A DNA stretch of 64,000 nt from Octopus sinensis. Taxonomy: Eukaryota. Location of the stretch: assembly GCF_006345805.1 (NCBI RefSeq), contig NC_043000.1, positions 4,340,001 to 4,404,000 on the forward strand, in the 5' to 3' direction. Made by a program: the position numbers and the translations under genes. The notes below the pieces were generated by a model that saw only the letters and a program-made list of their open reading frames with translations, did no database searches and was not told where the DNA came from. Below, in pieces: positions 1 to 13,295 of the stretch; position 1 is the first letter of the stretch; each line of letters starts with the position of its first letter.

Positions 1-2925
1 ACCACCACCACTACCATCACCGTAACCATGGACAGCACCACAGCCACCACCACCACTACCATCACCGTAACCATGGACAGCACCACAGCCACCACCACCA
101 CTACCATCACCGTAACCATGGACAGCACCACAGCCACCACCACCACTACCATCACCGTAACCATGACAGCACCACAGCCACCACCACCACTACCATCACC
201 GTAACCATGGACAGCACCACAGCCACCACCACCACTACCATCATCGTAACCACGGACAGTACCACAGCCACCACCACCACTACCATCACCATAACCACGT
301 ACAGTAACACAGCCACCACCACCACCACCACCACCACCACTACCATCACCGTAACCATGGACAGCACCACAGCCACCACCACCACAACTACCATCACCGT
401 AACCACGGACATTACCACAGCCACCACCACCACAACTACCATCACCGTAACCATGGACAGCACCACAGCCACCACCACAACTACCATCACCGTAACCATG
501 GACAGTACCACAGCCACCACCACCACTACCATCACCGTAACCATGGACAGCACCACAGCCACCACCACCACTACCATCACCGTAACCATGGACAGCACCA
601 CAGCCACCACCACCACTACCATCACCGTAACCATGGACAGTACCACAGCCACCACCACCATTATCATCACCATAGCCACTGACAGTACCACAGCCACCAC
701 CACCACTACCATCACCGTAACCATGGACAGCACCACAGCCACCACCACCACAACTACCATCACCATAACCACGGACAGTACCACAGCCACCACCACCACA
801 ACTACCATCACCGTAACCATGGACAGTACCACAGCCACCACCACCACTACCATCACCGTAACCATGGACAGTACCACAGCCACCACCACCATTATCATCA
901 CCATAGCCACTGACAGTACCACAGCCACCACCACCACTACCATCACCGTAACCATGGACAGCACCACAGCCACCACCACCACAACTACCATCACCATAAC
1001 CACGGACAGTACCACAGCCACCAACACCAAATACCATCACCGTAACCATGGACAGTACCACAGCCACCACCACCACTACCATCACCGTAACATGGACAGC
1101 ACAACAGCCACCACCACCACTACCATCACCGTAACCATGGACAGCACCACAGCCACCACCACCACTACCATCACCGTAACCATGGACAGTACCACAGCCA
1201 CCACCACCATTATCATCACCATAGCCACTGACAGTACCACAGCCACCACCACCACTACATCACCGTAACCATGGACAGCACCACAGCCACACCACCACAA
1301 CTACCATCACCATAACCACGGACAGTACCACAGCCACCACCACCACAACTACCATCACCGTAACCATGGACAGTACCACAGCCACCACCACCACTACCAT
1401 CACCGTAACCATGGACAGTACCACAGCCACCACCACCATTATCATCACCATAGCCACTGACAGTACCACAGCCACCACCACCACTACCATCACCGTAACC
1501 ATGGACAGCACCACAGCCACCACCACCACAACTACCATCACCATAACCACGGACAGTACCACAGCCACCACCACCACAACTACCATCACCGTAACCATGG
1601 ACAGTACCACAGCCACCACCACCACTACCATCACCGTAACCTTGGACAGTACCACAGCCAACCACCACCATTATCATCACCAAGCCACTGACAGTTACCA
1701 CAGCCACCACCACACTTACCATCACTGTAACCATGGACAGCACCACAGCCACCACCACCAACAATACCATCACCTAACCACGGACATTACCACAGCCACC
1801 ACCAACCCCAACTACCATCACCGTAACCATGGACAGACCACAGCCACCACCACCACACATCACCGTAACCATGGACAGTACCACAGCCACCACCACCACT
1901 ACCATCACCGTAACCATGGACAGTACCACAGCCACACAACCACAACTACCATCACCATAACCACGGACATTACCACAGCCACCACCACCACAAATACCAT
2001 CACCGTAACCATGGACAGCACCACAGCCCACCACCACCACTACCATCACCATAACCATGGACAGCACCACAGCCACCACCACCACTACCATCACCGTAAC
2101 CATGGACAGTACCACAGCCACCACCACCACACAATCACCGTAACCATGGACAGTACCACAGCCACCACCACCACTACCATCACCGTAAACCATGACGTAC
2201 CACAGCCCACCACCACCACTACCATCCACCTAACCATGGACAGTACCAAGCCACCACCACCATTATCATCACCAAGCCACTGACAGTACCACAGCCACCA
2301 CACCACTACCCTCAACGTAACCATGGACAGTAACCACAGTCCACCATACCACCATTATCATCACCTAGCCCACTGACAGCAGTACCACAGCCCACCACCC
2401 CACTACCATCACCGTAACCATGGACAGTACCACAGCCACCACACCCTTATCATCAACCATAGCCACTGACAGTACCACAGCCACCACCACCACTACCATA
2501 ACGTAACCATGGACAGTACCACAGTCCCAACCATATCATCACCATAGCCACTGACAGTACCACAGCCACCACCCCACTACGATCACCGTAACCATGGACA
2601 GAACACAGCCACCACCACCATTATCATCACCATAGCCACTGACAGTACCACAGCCACCACCACCACTACCATCACCATAACCATGTGACAGTACCACCAG
2701 TCACCACCACCAGCTATCATCACATAGCCTGACAGTAACACCACAGCCACCACCACCACTACCATCACCATAACCACGGACAGTACCACAGCCACCACCA
2801 CCACTACCATCACCTTAACCACGGAGAGTACCACAGCCACCACCACCACTACCATCACCATAACCACGGACAGTACCACAGCCACCACTACCACTACCCT
2901 CACCATAACCATTGACAGTACCACA
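1..2925. repeat. 45/48-bp (ACC)-derived minisatellite with higher-order structure, runs off window start
   Basis: Unit accaccaccactaccatcaccgtaaccatggacagcaccacagcc repeated with variants; indels accumulate after ~1650. Confidence 0.95.
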
Positions 2926-3255
2926 CCACTACCACCATCACTACCACAATTGTCATCACTATGACTCCAACTTCTATCAAACCAGCACCAGAATCACCAC
3001 CACTATTGCTGCTGCCACTACTGCCTTCATCTCCACCAACACCACAACCTTCCACTGACTCACCACCACCACCACCACCACCACCACCACCACCACCACC
3101 CACCACTACTACCATCACTACCATCATCATCATTACCAGTATAATCACTATGACCCTAGCTCCTATCAAACAGACACCAGCATCACCATCACCATAACCA
3201 TCACCACCACTACCACTACCACCACTACTGCCAACAACAACAACAACAACAACAT
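2926..3255. repeat. Degenerate (CAC)n/(CAA)n low-complexity tract
   Basis: Pure (CAC)n at ~3060-3105 and (CAA)n at ~3232-3253. Confidence 0.9.
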
Positions 3256-4552
3256 TTGAAAATCCAATTTTATATACCATCATATCTCCAGCTTTCATCA
3301 TCTCACGTCTGAGGCTTCAATATCCTCTAACCTCTAATCTTACTGCTGCTTCCTACCATTTCCGTAGACTTCTTCTGCCATTAAATAACTTCCACAGTCA
3401 CCCTGTATCACTTTTATCCATCCATCCATCCTTCATCGTTTACATCACATCCAGACCAAGCACACAATTCTCTCTTCTTCACACACACACACACACACAC
3501 ACACTCTCTCTCTCTCTCTCTCTCTCTTTCGCTCTCTTTCTCTTTCTCTCTTACCGTCTCTTACTTCACGCTACTTCAAATGATGTTTTTAATGTCAAAC
3601 CACTATCTCTGTTCACCTGAGCTATGTATCGTCATCAAAGCCACGACCACCACCACTGCTTTCATGTTAACTTCTAACAGATCATACATGTACTCATCTA
3701 ACAGATTATACACTTCACATACATCTTCAACCTTCATCCTTCATCCATACACTTTTTATGTTCGGCGCCCATGTCTCGCTATCGTGTAGTGCCATACTTT
3801 TTGTACACATAACCTTTATGGCTTTTTGAAATTTGATCCAGGTTTCAGTTGCTGTCAGTTAACTAGTTCATACTGGTGGTTATGTAAGGAGCAAAGAATC
3901 ATAGTTTGGAAAAAGAAGAAATGAATAAATAAATAAATAAATAAATGAAGCATTCTTCTTTAAAATATTGGTGTGGTTGGGCGGAAAAAAAAGAAGGAAA
4001 CAAATTTTATTGATTCGAATTGTTTCAATACATACAGCAGATACACAACTCTATTTAGTTGTAAAGAATAAATTTTTGATGAAAGTGTCATAGCAGAAAG
4101 TTTGTGTTTTTGTGTGAGTGAGTGTGTATATGTGTGCATGTGTGTGTGTGTATGTGTGTCTGTGTGTTTGTGTGTATGTGAAGTCACTCTTGTACTGTTG
4201 GTGACCTGTGACCCAGTACAACCTGTTGCATGATTCAGGTCATTGACAAATAAACCAGCAACCACACCAAGATTGCTTGGCTAGGAGAGCGGTTTTTGGA
4301 CTCTTGTAGGACGAAAAACATGACCTTTCAAAGGTCAGAGGAACTCAGGAGAGTTAACAGCCATCCAAGGGGAGAGCGTGTTCAACAGTTGTAGTGAAAA
4401 CAATCCATTTAGGAGAAGGAAATCTCTGAAATAAAAACCATTAATGAGGACCTGCAACAAGCTGACACTGTTTTGCACAGAAAAGTTATGACATGAAGAT
4501 GTTATAGTTTTGTCTTCAGAGAGCTGATAATATTATATTATATATATAAAGT

Positions 4553-4760
4553 TAATCCAAACATGAAAACACAAAGAAAAAACGCAACAACGCGGGGACG
4601 TGGAACAAGTATAGTCTTATTGGACGCTCAGGAAAAGAAAGAAAGAAGGAGGATTTAACGTTTCGAGCGGAGCTCTTCATCAGGAAAAGGATAGATCCAA
4701 AGAAGGGAAGACGGAAGAAAAAAAATCGCCAACGGTACACATGCGGTCACATTTTGAATC
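4553..4760 (-). mobile_element. Short non-coding Penelope-like fragment with hammerhead-like core
   Basis: Minus strand 4690-4651 reads CTGATGA-A-GAGC-tcc-GCTC-GAAA-CGTT; (TA)n flanks; architecture shared with 28165-28337. Confidence 0.5.
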
Positions 4761-4828
4761 ATATATATGTATGTATATATATAAAAAATGTATTATTTAT
4801 GGAATGACCTCAGCATACACACACACAC

Positions 4829-4860
<32 letters not shown>

Positions 4861-4865
4861 ATATA

Positions 4866-5180
4866 TATGCTGGGGTCATCCCATAAATAATACATTGTTT
4901 TTCAATTGCATGAACTAAAAGTCATAGGGGGACAGGATAAACTACTAAATCAACTTCTTATAAAAGCAGAGTGCAAGTTTTGAAGACTGCAGTTCGACTT
5001 TAAGAGTTATTTTTTCAAAGCTATAAGGGAAGTGACAAAAGAACATATTTGGCATATTTTGCTTTATGAGTTCTATAAAGGCACCGATGCAATGGAAAGT
5101 GCAAGGAATATCAATGCAGTATATGAAGATCGGACAATAAGCAGAGAAGCTTGAATTTGGTCATTCAACCATTCATCATC
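4866..5180 (+). pseudogene. mariner 5' fragment: TIR plus N-terminal transposase HTH, internally deleted
   Basis: From 5029 translates EVTKEHIWHILLYEFYKGTDAMESARNINAVYEDRTIS, then EKLEFGHSTIH; start codon position reads AGG (5026-5028). Confidence 0.8.
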
Positions 5181-6120
5181 CCATATTGGTTTATTTTTAC
5201 AGATATTTATTTGTATATTACATGTTTTTATACATCATATAACTTAGATCATATTAGCGCTTTCTCCCATTCTAGTGGGGTTTTCAAATCAAACTAAGTT
5301 CCTGTGTGAGGAGTTTTGACTATTTTATAGTGGTATTGAGTTTGTAGTGGTGGGGAGGAATATAAGACAGTACAAGAGGGTGATGGATGAGGAGAAAGTG
5401 AGAGAGAGAACATGTGTGTATGTGTGTGTGTGTTTTTGTATCTGGGATGAGTGTTAAAGAAAAAGAGGGGAAGGGAGAGGGAAGAAGAAGAAAATAATTT
5501 TTTTGGTCTGCAGGACAGAATATTGATTCCAAGGGGGTTCTAAGGTCTTGGGAAAAAAGAAGAATTTCAGTTTTGACCATTTCACAGTGTCACTGAGTGT
5601 GTGGTGGCGGGCGGGGAGGTAGGCCATAAATTATATTTCTTTTTATCATTGTGAGAGAGTGTGTGTGTGTTTAATGATGGATGGTCAAATGTTTTTTTGG
5701 GGTTTAAGAATTCTTTTTACTTTTTATGATTGTTTTGTGGAGGTGTGTGTGTGTGGAGGTGTGTGTATCTGTGTGTGTGTGTGTGTTTGTGTGTGCGTGT
5801 GTGGGTGTCTGTTAATTTGGAGAAGGGAAGAGAATGGGAGAAAGCGCTAATACATGATCTAAGTTATATGGTATATTTAAAAAATGTAATATATAAAATA
5901 AGTATCTAAATATAAACCATCCAATTTTCTGAGTACCTCATTTCTTCTAATATATAATACCTGTACATCATCTCCAAACCTTCCAATATATATATATATT
6001 TATATATACATACATACACATATATATATTTATATATTTATATATACATACATGCATACATACATACATACATACATACATACATACGTACGTACGTACG
6101 TATGTATGTATATATATGTA

Positions 6121-6164
<44 letters not shown>

Positions 6165-6220
6165 TATTATATATATATATTATACACATATATATATACA
6201 CACATATATATACATATATA

Positions 6221-6368
6221 TGACAAGCGTCTTTCAGTGCCTGCCAACCAAATCCACTCACAAGGTTTTGCTCAACCCAAGACTACAGAAGAGATTTTCC
6301 CAAGGTGCCACATGACAGGACTAAATCAACAACTATTGGTTGGGAAGTAAACTACTTACCACACAGCT
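6221..6368 (-). mobile_element. SINE family A, degenerate 5' half
   Basis: Diverged match to 7030-7200 (aaatccactcacaagg...ctacttaccacacagc). Confidence 0.75.
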
Positions 6369-6400
6369 GATTATGATTTTATATGTGTGTGTGTGTGTGT

Positions 6401-6705
6401 GGAGGTGCAATGGCCCAGTGGTTAGGGCAGTGGACTGTCTGTCGGTGGATCGCAGTTTCGATTCCCAGACAGGGCGTTGTATGTTTATTGAGCGAAAACA
6501 CCTAAAGCTCCACAAGGCTCCGGCAGGGGATGGTGGTGACCCCTATTGTACTTTTTCGCCCCAACTTTTTCTCACTCTCTCTTCCTGTTTCTTGAGTAAT
6601 GGTGCAGTGGACTGGTGTCCCGTCCAGCTGGGGGGAACATATACGCCACAGAAACTGGGAAACTGGGCCCATGAGCCTGGCTTGGCTTGAAAAGGGAGCA
6701 TAAAT
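6401..6705 (+). mobile_element. SINE with family B head and an alternative 3' tail
   Basis: Box A tggcccagtggttaggg and box B gtttcgattccc; first ~190 bp match the reverse complement of 32360-32550, then diverge. Confidence 0.85.
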
Positions 6706-6722
6706 AAATATATATATATTCA

Positions 6723-6947
6723 TTACTCTTTTACTTGTTTCAGTCATTTGACTGTGACCATGCTGGAGCACTGCCTTTAGTTGAGCACATCGACCCCAGG
6801 ACTTATTCTTCGTAAGCCTAGTACTTATTCTATCGGTCTCTTTTGCTGAACCGCTAAATTACGGAGGCATAAACACACCAGCATCGGTTGTCAAGCGATG
6901 TTGGGGAGACAAACATATACACACATACATATATATATATATGTGTG

Positions 6948-6978
<31 letters not shown>

Positions 6979-7210
6979 GTATATGTATATATATATGTAT
7001 GTGTGTATATATATATATATATATACATATATATATACACACACATACGATGGGCTTCTTCCAGTTTCTGTCTACCAAATCCACTCACAAGGCTTTGGTT
7101 GGCCTGTGGCTATAGTAGAAGACACTTGCCCAAGGTGCCATGCAGTGGGACTGAACCCACAACCATGTAGTTTGTAAGCAAGCTACTTACCACACAGCCA
7201 CTCCTATGCC
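6723..7210 (-). mobile_element. SINE family A, full length with internal (TA/CA) microsatellite
   Basis: tRNA-like head ggagtggctgtgtggtaagtagc...ggttcagtccc and gagtaaaa-type tail; more than 12 copies in window. Confidence 0.92.
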
Positions 7211-8290
<1,080 letters not shown>

Positions 8291-8552
8291 AAAGTGAGTG
8301 ACACAAGTGTAAGTTTTGCAATATAATACAACTTCAGTAATGTTATATTCCACAGTAATTCTTAACTCTAGGCCATGAATGCTGATGGGGTTTCTCCAAG
8401 CATGACAGCAAGATAACACATCGACATCAGAGCTGCCTGGTTCTACACTGATTCCTTGATTTGCTATATATCTACTTTACTGAATGTCATGGTTCATACA
8501 TACATACATACATACATACATACATACATGCATATAAATATATAAATATATA

Positions 8553-8814
8553 CTCGCCTGGCCCCTGTGCTGGTGGCACGTAAAAGCACCATCCGTTCGT
8601 GGCCGTTTGCCAGCTCTGTCTGGCACCTGTGCGGGTGGCACGTAAAAAGCACCCACTACACTTACGGAGTGGTTGGCATTAGGAAGGGCATCCAGCCATA
8701 GAAACACTGCCAGATCTGACTGGGCCTGATGAAACCTTCCGGCTTCACAGACCCCAGTTGACTCGTCCAACCCATGCTAGCATGGAAAGCAGACGCTAAA
8801 TGATGATGATGATG
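8553..8814 (+). mobile_element. RTE-type LINE 3' UTR end with (GAT)n tail
   Basis: Matches 12660-12860, the 3' end of the YADD-containing element. Confidence 0.88.
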
Positions 8815-8819
8815 TATGT

Positions 8820-9175
8820 ATGAGTGGCTGTGTGGTAAGTAGCTTGCTTACCAACCACATGGTAATGGGTTCAGTCCCACTGCGTGGCACCTTGGGCAAG
8901 TGTCTTCTACTATAGCCTTGGACCAACCAAAGCCTTGTGAGTGGATTTGGTAGATGGAAACTGAAAGAAGCCTGTCGTATGTGTGTATTCGTGTGTCTGT
9001 GCTTGTCCTCCCCCAACATTGCTTGACAACTGATGCTGGTGTGTTTACATCCCTGTAACTTAGTATTTCGGCAACAAAGACTGATAGAATAAGTCCTGGG
9101 GTCGATTTGTTCGACTAAAGGTGGTGCTCCAGCATGGTTGCACTCAAATGACTGAAACAAGTAAAGAATAAAAGA

Positions 9176-9178
<3 letters not shown>
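8820..9178 (+). mobile_element. SINE family A
   Basis: Full head-body-tail match to other copies. Confidence 0.9.
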
Positions 9179-9211
<33 letters not shown>

Positions 9212-9237
9212 ACACACATACACATACACATATATAG

Positions 9238-9572
9238 GTGAAAGTGCGTGGCTCAGTGGTTAGAGTATCGGGCTCACAAACACAAGGTAGTGAGTTTCAT
9301 TCCTGGACTGGGCTGCGTGTTGTGTTCTTGAGCAAGACACTTTATTTCACGTCGCTCCAGTTCACTCAGCTGTAGAAATGAGTTGCAACATAACTGGTGC
9401 CAAGCTGTATCGGCCCCTTTGCCTTTCCCTTGGATAACATCAGTGGTGTGGAGAGGAGAGGCTGGTATGCATGGGCGACTGCTGGTCTTCTACAAACAAC
9501 CCTGCCTGGGCTTGTGCCTGGGAGGGTAACTTTGTAGTGGTCCTGTGGTCTTTCTTGACTGAAGTGGGGTCT
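9238..9572 (+). mobile_element. SINE family C (tRNA head plus CORE-like domain)
   Basis: Box A tggctcagtggttagag; tgtgttcttgagcaagacactttatttc...cagctgtagaaatg resembles the CORE-SINE domain; copies at 22168, 26167, 56720. Confidence 0.88.
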
Positions 9573-10154
9573 TATTGTTCAAAGACGTGTGAGGGAGCTG
9601 CAACTGCAGTGAAAAAAGGGGCAGAGGACAAAGAACAGGTGACTGGAGATAGATTGAGTTGGAAGTGTCTACGTGTTTCTAGAGGGTATCACATAGTAAA
9701 ATTTGACAAATTAGTCATAGAGGATCTTGTTGAAGGCGATTGATGTTGTTGACCAGTGGTGGTGGTGGTGGTGGTGGTGTGGTGGTGGTGGTGGTGGTGG
9801 TGGTGGTGGAGATGATGATGTTAGTGATGTCATCATGGTAATGGCGGTATAGCAATGAAAGTCAGATGATTAGGATGGATGTTATAAGATGCTGGATAGG
9901 GATGGGGTGAAAAGTGATGGTGGTGGTCATGATAGAATTGTCAGTGGTGTTAATAGTGGTAACGATAATGGTGATGGTAGCAATGGTGGCAGTGGTGGCA
10001 GTGGTGGTGGTGGTAGTGGTGGTGGTGGTAGTGGTGGTGGTGGTAGTGGTGGTGGTGGAAGTGGTGGCAGTAGAAGTCATGATGGTGATGGTGAAAAGAT
10101 GGAGGAATATGAAAATGATGATGATCAATGGATTTTGAAATTTGATTCAGGTCT

Positions 10155-10830
10155 GGTGGTGGTAGTGGTGGTGGTGGGGAGTGGGTTTCAGGGGAGGAAT
10201 CATGATGGTATTGTTGATAGTGGTAATGGTGGTGGTAGTGGTGGTGGTGGGGAGTGGGTTTCAGGGGAGGAATCATGATGGTATTGTTGATAGTGGTAAT
10301 GGTGGTGGTAGTGGTGGTGGTGGGGAGTGGGTTTCAGGGGAGGAATCATGATGGTATTGTTGATAGTGGTAATGGTGGTGGTAGTGGTGGTGGTGGGGAG
10401 TGGGTTTCAGGGGAGGAATCATGATGGTATTGTTGATAGTGGTAATGGTGGTGGTAGTGGTGGTGGTGGGGAGTGGGTTTCAGGGGAGGAATCATGATGG
10501 TATTGTTGATAGTGGTAATGGTGGTGGTAGTGGTGGTGGTGGGGAGTGGGTTTCAGGGGAGGAATCATGATGGTATTGTTGATAGTGGTAATGGTGGTGT
10601 GGTATGTGGTGGTGGGGAGTGGGTTTCAGGGGAGGAATCATGATGGTATTGTTGATAGTGGTAATGGTGGTGGTAGTGGTGATGGTGGGGAGTGGGTTTC
10701 AGGGGAGGAATCATGATGGTATTGTTGATAGTGGTAATGGTGGTGGTAGTGGTGATGGTGGGGAGTGGGTTTCAGGGGAGGAATCATGATGGTAGTGTTG
10801 ATAGTGGTAATGGTGGTGGTAGTGGTGGTG
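10155..10830. repeat. 73-bp G-rich minisatellite, 9 near-identical copies, inside a degenerate (GGT)n field (9756-11000)
   Basis: ggagtgggtttcagg recurs at 10178, 10251, 10324, 10397, 10470, 10543, 10616, 10689, 10762. Confidence 0.95.
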
Positions 10831-11026
10831 GTGGTAGTGGTGGTGGTGGTAGTGGTGATGGTGCTGCAGCATGTGCTGGTGGGTGTGGTGTTGATTATGA
10901 TAGAATTTTTGGTTGTGGTAATGGTGGAAGTGGTGGTGGGTGGGGGCCATTCTTTGTGGTGGTGGTTTTGCCGATGGTGATAGCATTAATAGTGGTGGTG
11001 TTAATGATTCTAGGTGGACATATACA

Positions 11027-11408
11027 CAGGGTGTCCTGAAATTAAGACAACCAAAGTTTCAGGCTTTAATTAATTATCAATAAATGTGATAAGATATGAA
11101 AATTATACATCATTATAAAAGCTTTGTGTCTTCTTTTTGTTTCAGATTAAACAAATTCAGATTTATAAATTATAGAATGTCAATAGACCGAAATACAATA
11201 ATAACTCTCCACAAAGGAGATGAAAGTAATATAGCTATAGCCAAAAAGCTTAAAATTAACTGAAGAACAGTCTAGAAAATTGTCAAGAAATTTCAAGAGA
11301 CTGGTTACACCACTGATCGACTTGGACGTGGCCAAAAAAGAAGTGTGCAGAGCCCTCAGCTTATCAAAAGTACTAGAGAAAAGATAACAGAGGAATTCAA
11401 GAATGCTG
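11027..11408 (+). pseudogene. Tc1/mariner-superfamily 5' fragment truncated by an RTE insertion
   Basis: Starts CAGGGTGTCC; from ATG 11177 reads MSIDRNTIITLHKGDESNIAIAKKLKIN*RTV*KIVKKFQETGYTTDRLGRGQKRSV (HTH plus GRPR-like motif). Confidence 0.75.
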
Positions 11409-11409
11409 C

Positions 11410-12936
11410 CTCTATGCTGATGACCTTGCTCTCCTAGCGGAATCACTACCAGAACTAGAGAAGAAATTTCAGGCGTGGAAGCAAGGTTTAGAATCGAAGG
11501 GCCTTAAAGTCAATGTTGCCAAAACCAAAGTCCTAGTAAGTAGGAAGGCAAACAAATCACAAACCCCTTCAGGTATATGGCCCTGCTTGATCTGTAAAAA
11601 AGGTGTAGGGAGAAACTCCATAAGATATACACAGTGTAAGCTATGGATGCATAAGAGGTGAACTGGCATGATACCTTTTGTGTGCAGCAGATGCACAGGG
11701 TCAATAAACACTGCAGATGCTCAGAAAATGGATTTCATCACATGCCAGGGAGAGAAACTAGAAGTAGTTGATAGCTTCCGCTAGCTAGGTGACCAAGTCT
11801 GTAGTGGGGGTGGATGCTCAGAGAGCATTGCCACTTGAATAAGAATAGCCTGAGCAAAGTTCAGAAAGCTCCTACCTCTACTGGTGACAAAGGGCCTCTT
11901 GCTCAGAGTGAAAGGTAGACTGTATGATGCATGTGCATGAACTGCTGAAGACATGTGTAAGCTTGACAGAAATGAAGCTAGTATGATCCGCTTAGTGTGC
12001 AAACACAACACAGTTTAAGCACCATGAGAGAAATGTTAGTCATAAGAAGCATCAGATGTGGTGTGCAAGAGAGATGACTGCAATGGTATGGTAATGTGCT
12101 ATGTATGGATAAGGAGAGCTGTGTGAAGAAGTGTCACTCCTTAACAGTGGAAGGAACCCATGGAAGACATGGGATGAGGTGGTGAAGCATGACCTTCGAA
12201 CTTTGGGTCTCACATAAGCAATGACAAGAGACTGAGACCTCTGGAGATATGCTGTGATTGAGAAGACCCAGCAAGTAAAGTGAGATCACAACTGTAGTCT
12301 ATACAAGTATCACATAACCAGCCCATTTAAAGAGTATCTTTGAATCGTCGAGCGACATGTCATGCTTAAGGAGACCCATTGAGTCAAGTAAAATCAAAAA
12401 TCAAAAATCAAATCACAATCAGAAATGGAAATTGTAGTTGTGGCCTATGCCAGTGCCGCCTGACTGGCTCTCATGTTGGTAGCATGCAATAAGCACCATT
12501 CATGCGTGGGTCGTTGCCAGTGCCGCCTGACTGGCTCCCCATGCTGGTGGAATGTAAAAAGTACCATCTGAATGTGGTCAATGCCAGCGTCCTCACCGCA
12601 ACTGGCTCCTGTGCTGGTAGCACGTGAAAAGCAGCATTTGAATGTGGCCGATGCAGTGCCGCCTGACTGGCTCCCATGCCACTGACACATAAAATGCACC
12701 CACTACACTCTCAGAGTGGTTGGCGCTAGGAAGGGCATCCAGTTGTAGAAACATTCCCAGATCAGATTGGAGTTTGGTGTGGCCTCCTATCTTGCCAGTC
12801 CCCAGTCAAACCGTCCAACCGTCCAGCATGGAAAATGGATGTTAAACGATGGTGGTGATGATGATGATGATGACGATGATGATGATGATGATGATGATGT
12901 TGATGATGATGATGATGTTGTTGATGATGATGATGA

Positions 12937-12978
<42 letters not shown>
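11410..12978 (+). mobile_element. 5'-truncated RTE-clade LINE: RT C-terminal half, repeated 3' UTR, (GAT)n tail
   Basis: LYADDLALLAESLPELEKKFQAWKQGLESKGLKVNVAKTKVL from 11410 (YADD at 11413-11424); later TWDEVVKHDLRTLGL; multiple stops and frameshifts. Confidence 0.92.
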
Positions 12979-13295
12979 ATTTACAAATTAAAATCTAGAA
13001 AATGGAGAACTAGTGTTAATATAATTTATTAACTGCAAAAATTCAACATGTTCCCTTACAATATTAGTAATTAAATGAGTATCAGCCTATTGAGATGTTT
13101 TGGAAGAATAACATGTTACTAACCTAAAGATATGTCTTTTTTACTTTTTTTACTCCTCTGACAAAATGTCTTAAATATTGGAATTTAATTCATTTGGGCA
13201 ATATCGAAACAGCTGTAAGGGAACATGTTGAATTTTTGCAGTTAATAAATTACATTAACGCTACTTCTCTGTTTTCTGGATTTTAATTTGAATAT
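12977..13295 (+). mobile_element. Penelope-like terminal-repeat relic with inverted arm and decayed hammerhead
   Basis: Arms 12977-13060 and 13214-13295 are inverted; tcct-CTGACAA...GAAACAGCTGTA-aggg at 13154-13221. Confidence 0.65.

Noticed and set aside
152-2324. Long Val/Met- or Gly-rich minus-strand ORFs
   Set aside because: Stop-free read-through of the minisatellite in several frames at once
4290-4500. Possible RTE 5' UTR fragment (ggagaaggaaatctctgaa)
   Set aside because: Single short motif with no second copy or ORF in the window
8726-8750. CTGATGA matches here and at 11417, 22938, 23663 and 51817
   Set aside because: No stem II plus GAAA geometry; they are mutated LINE/SINE sequence, the YADD codons or chance
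10155-10830. CRISPR-like regular array
   Set aside because: Units are identical end to end with no unique spacers, no cas genes, and the context is eukaryotic
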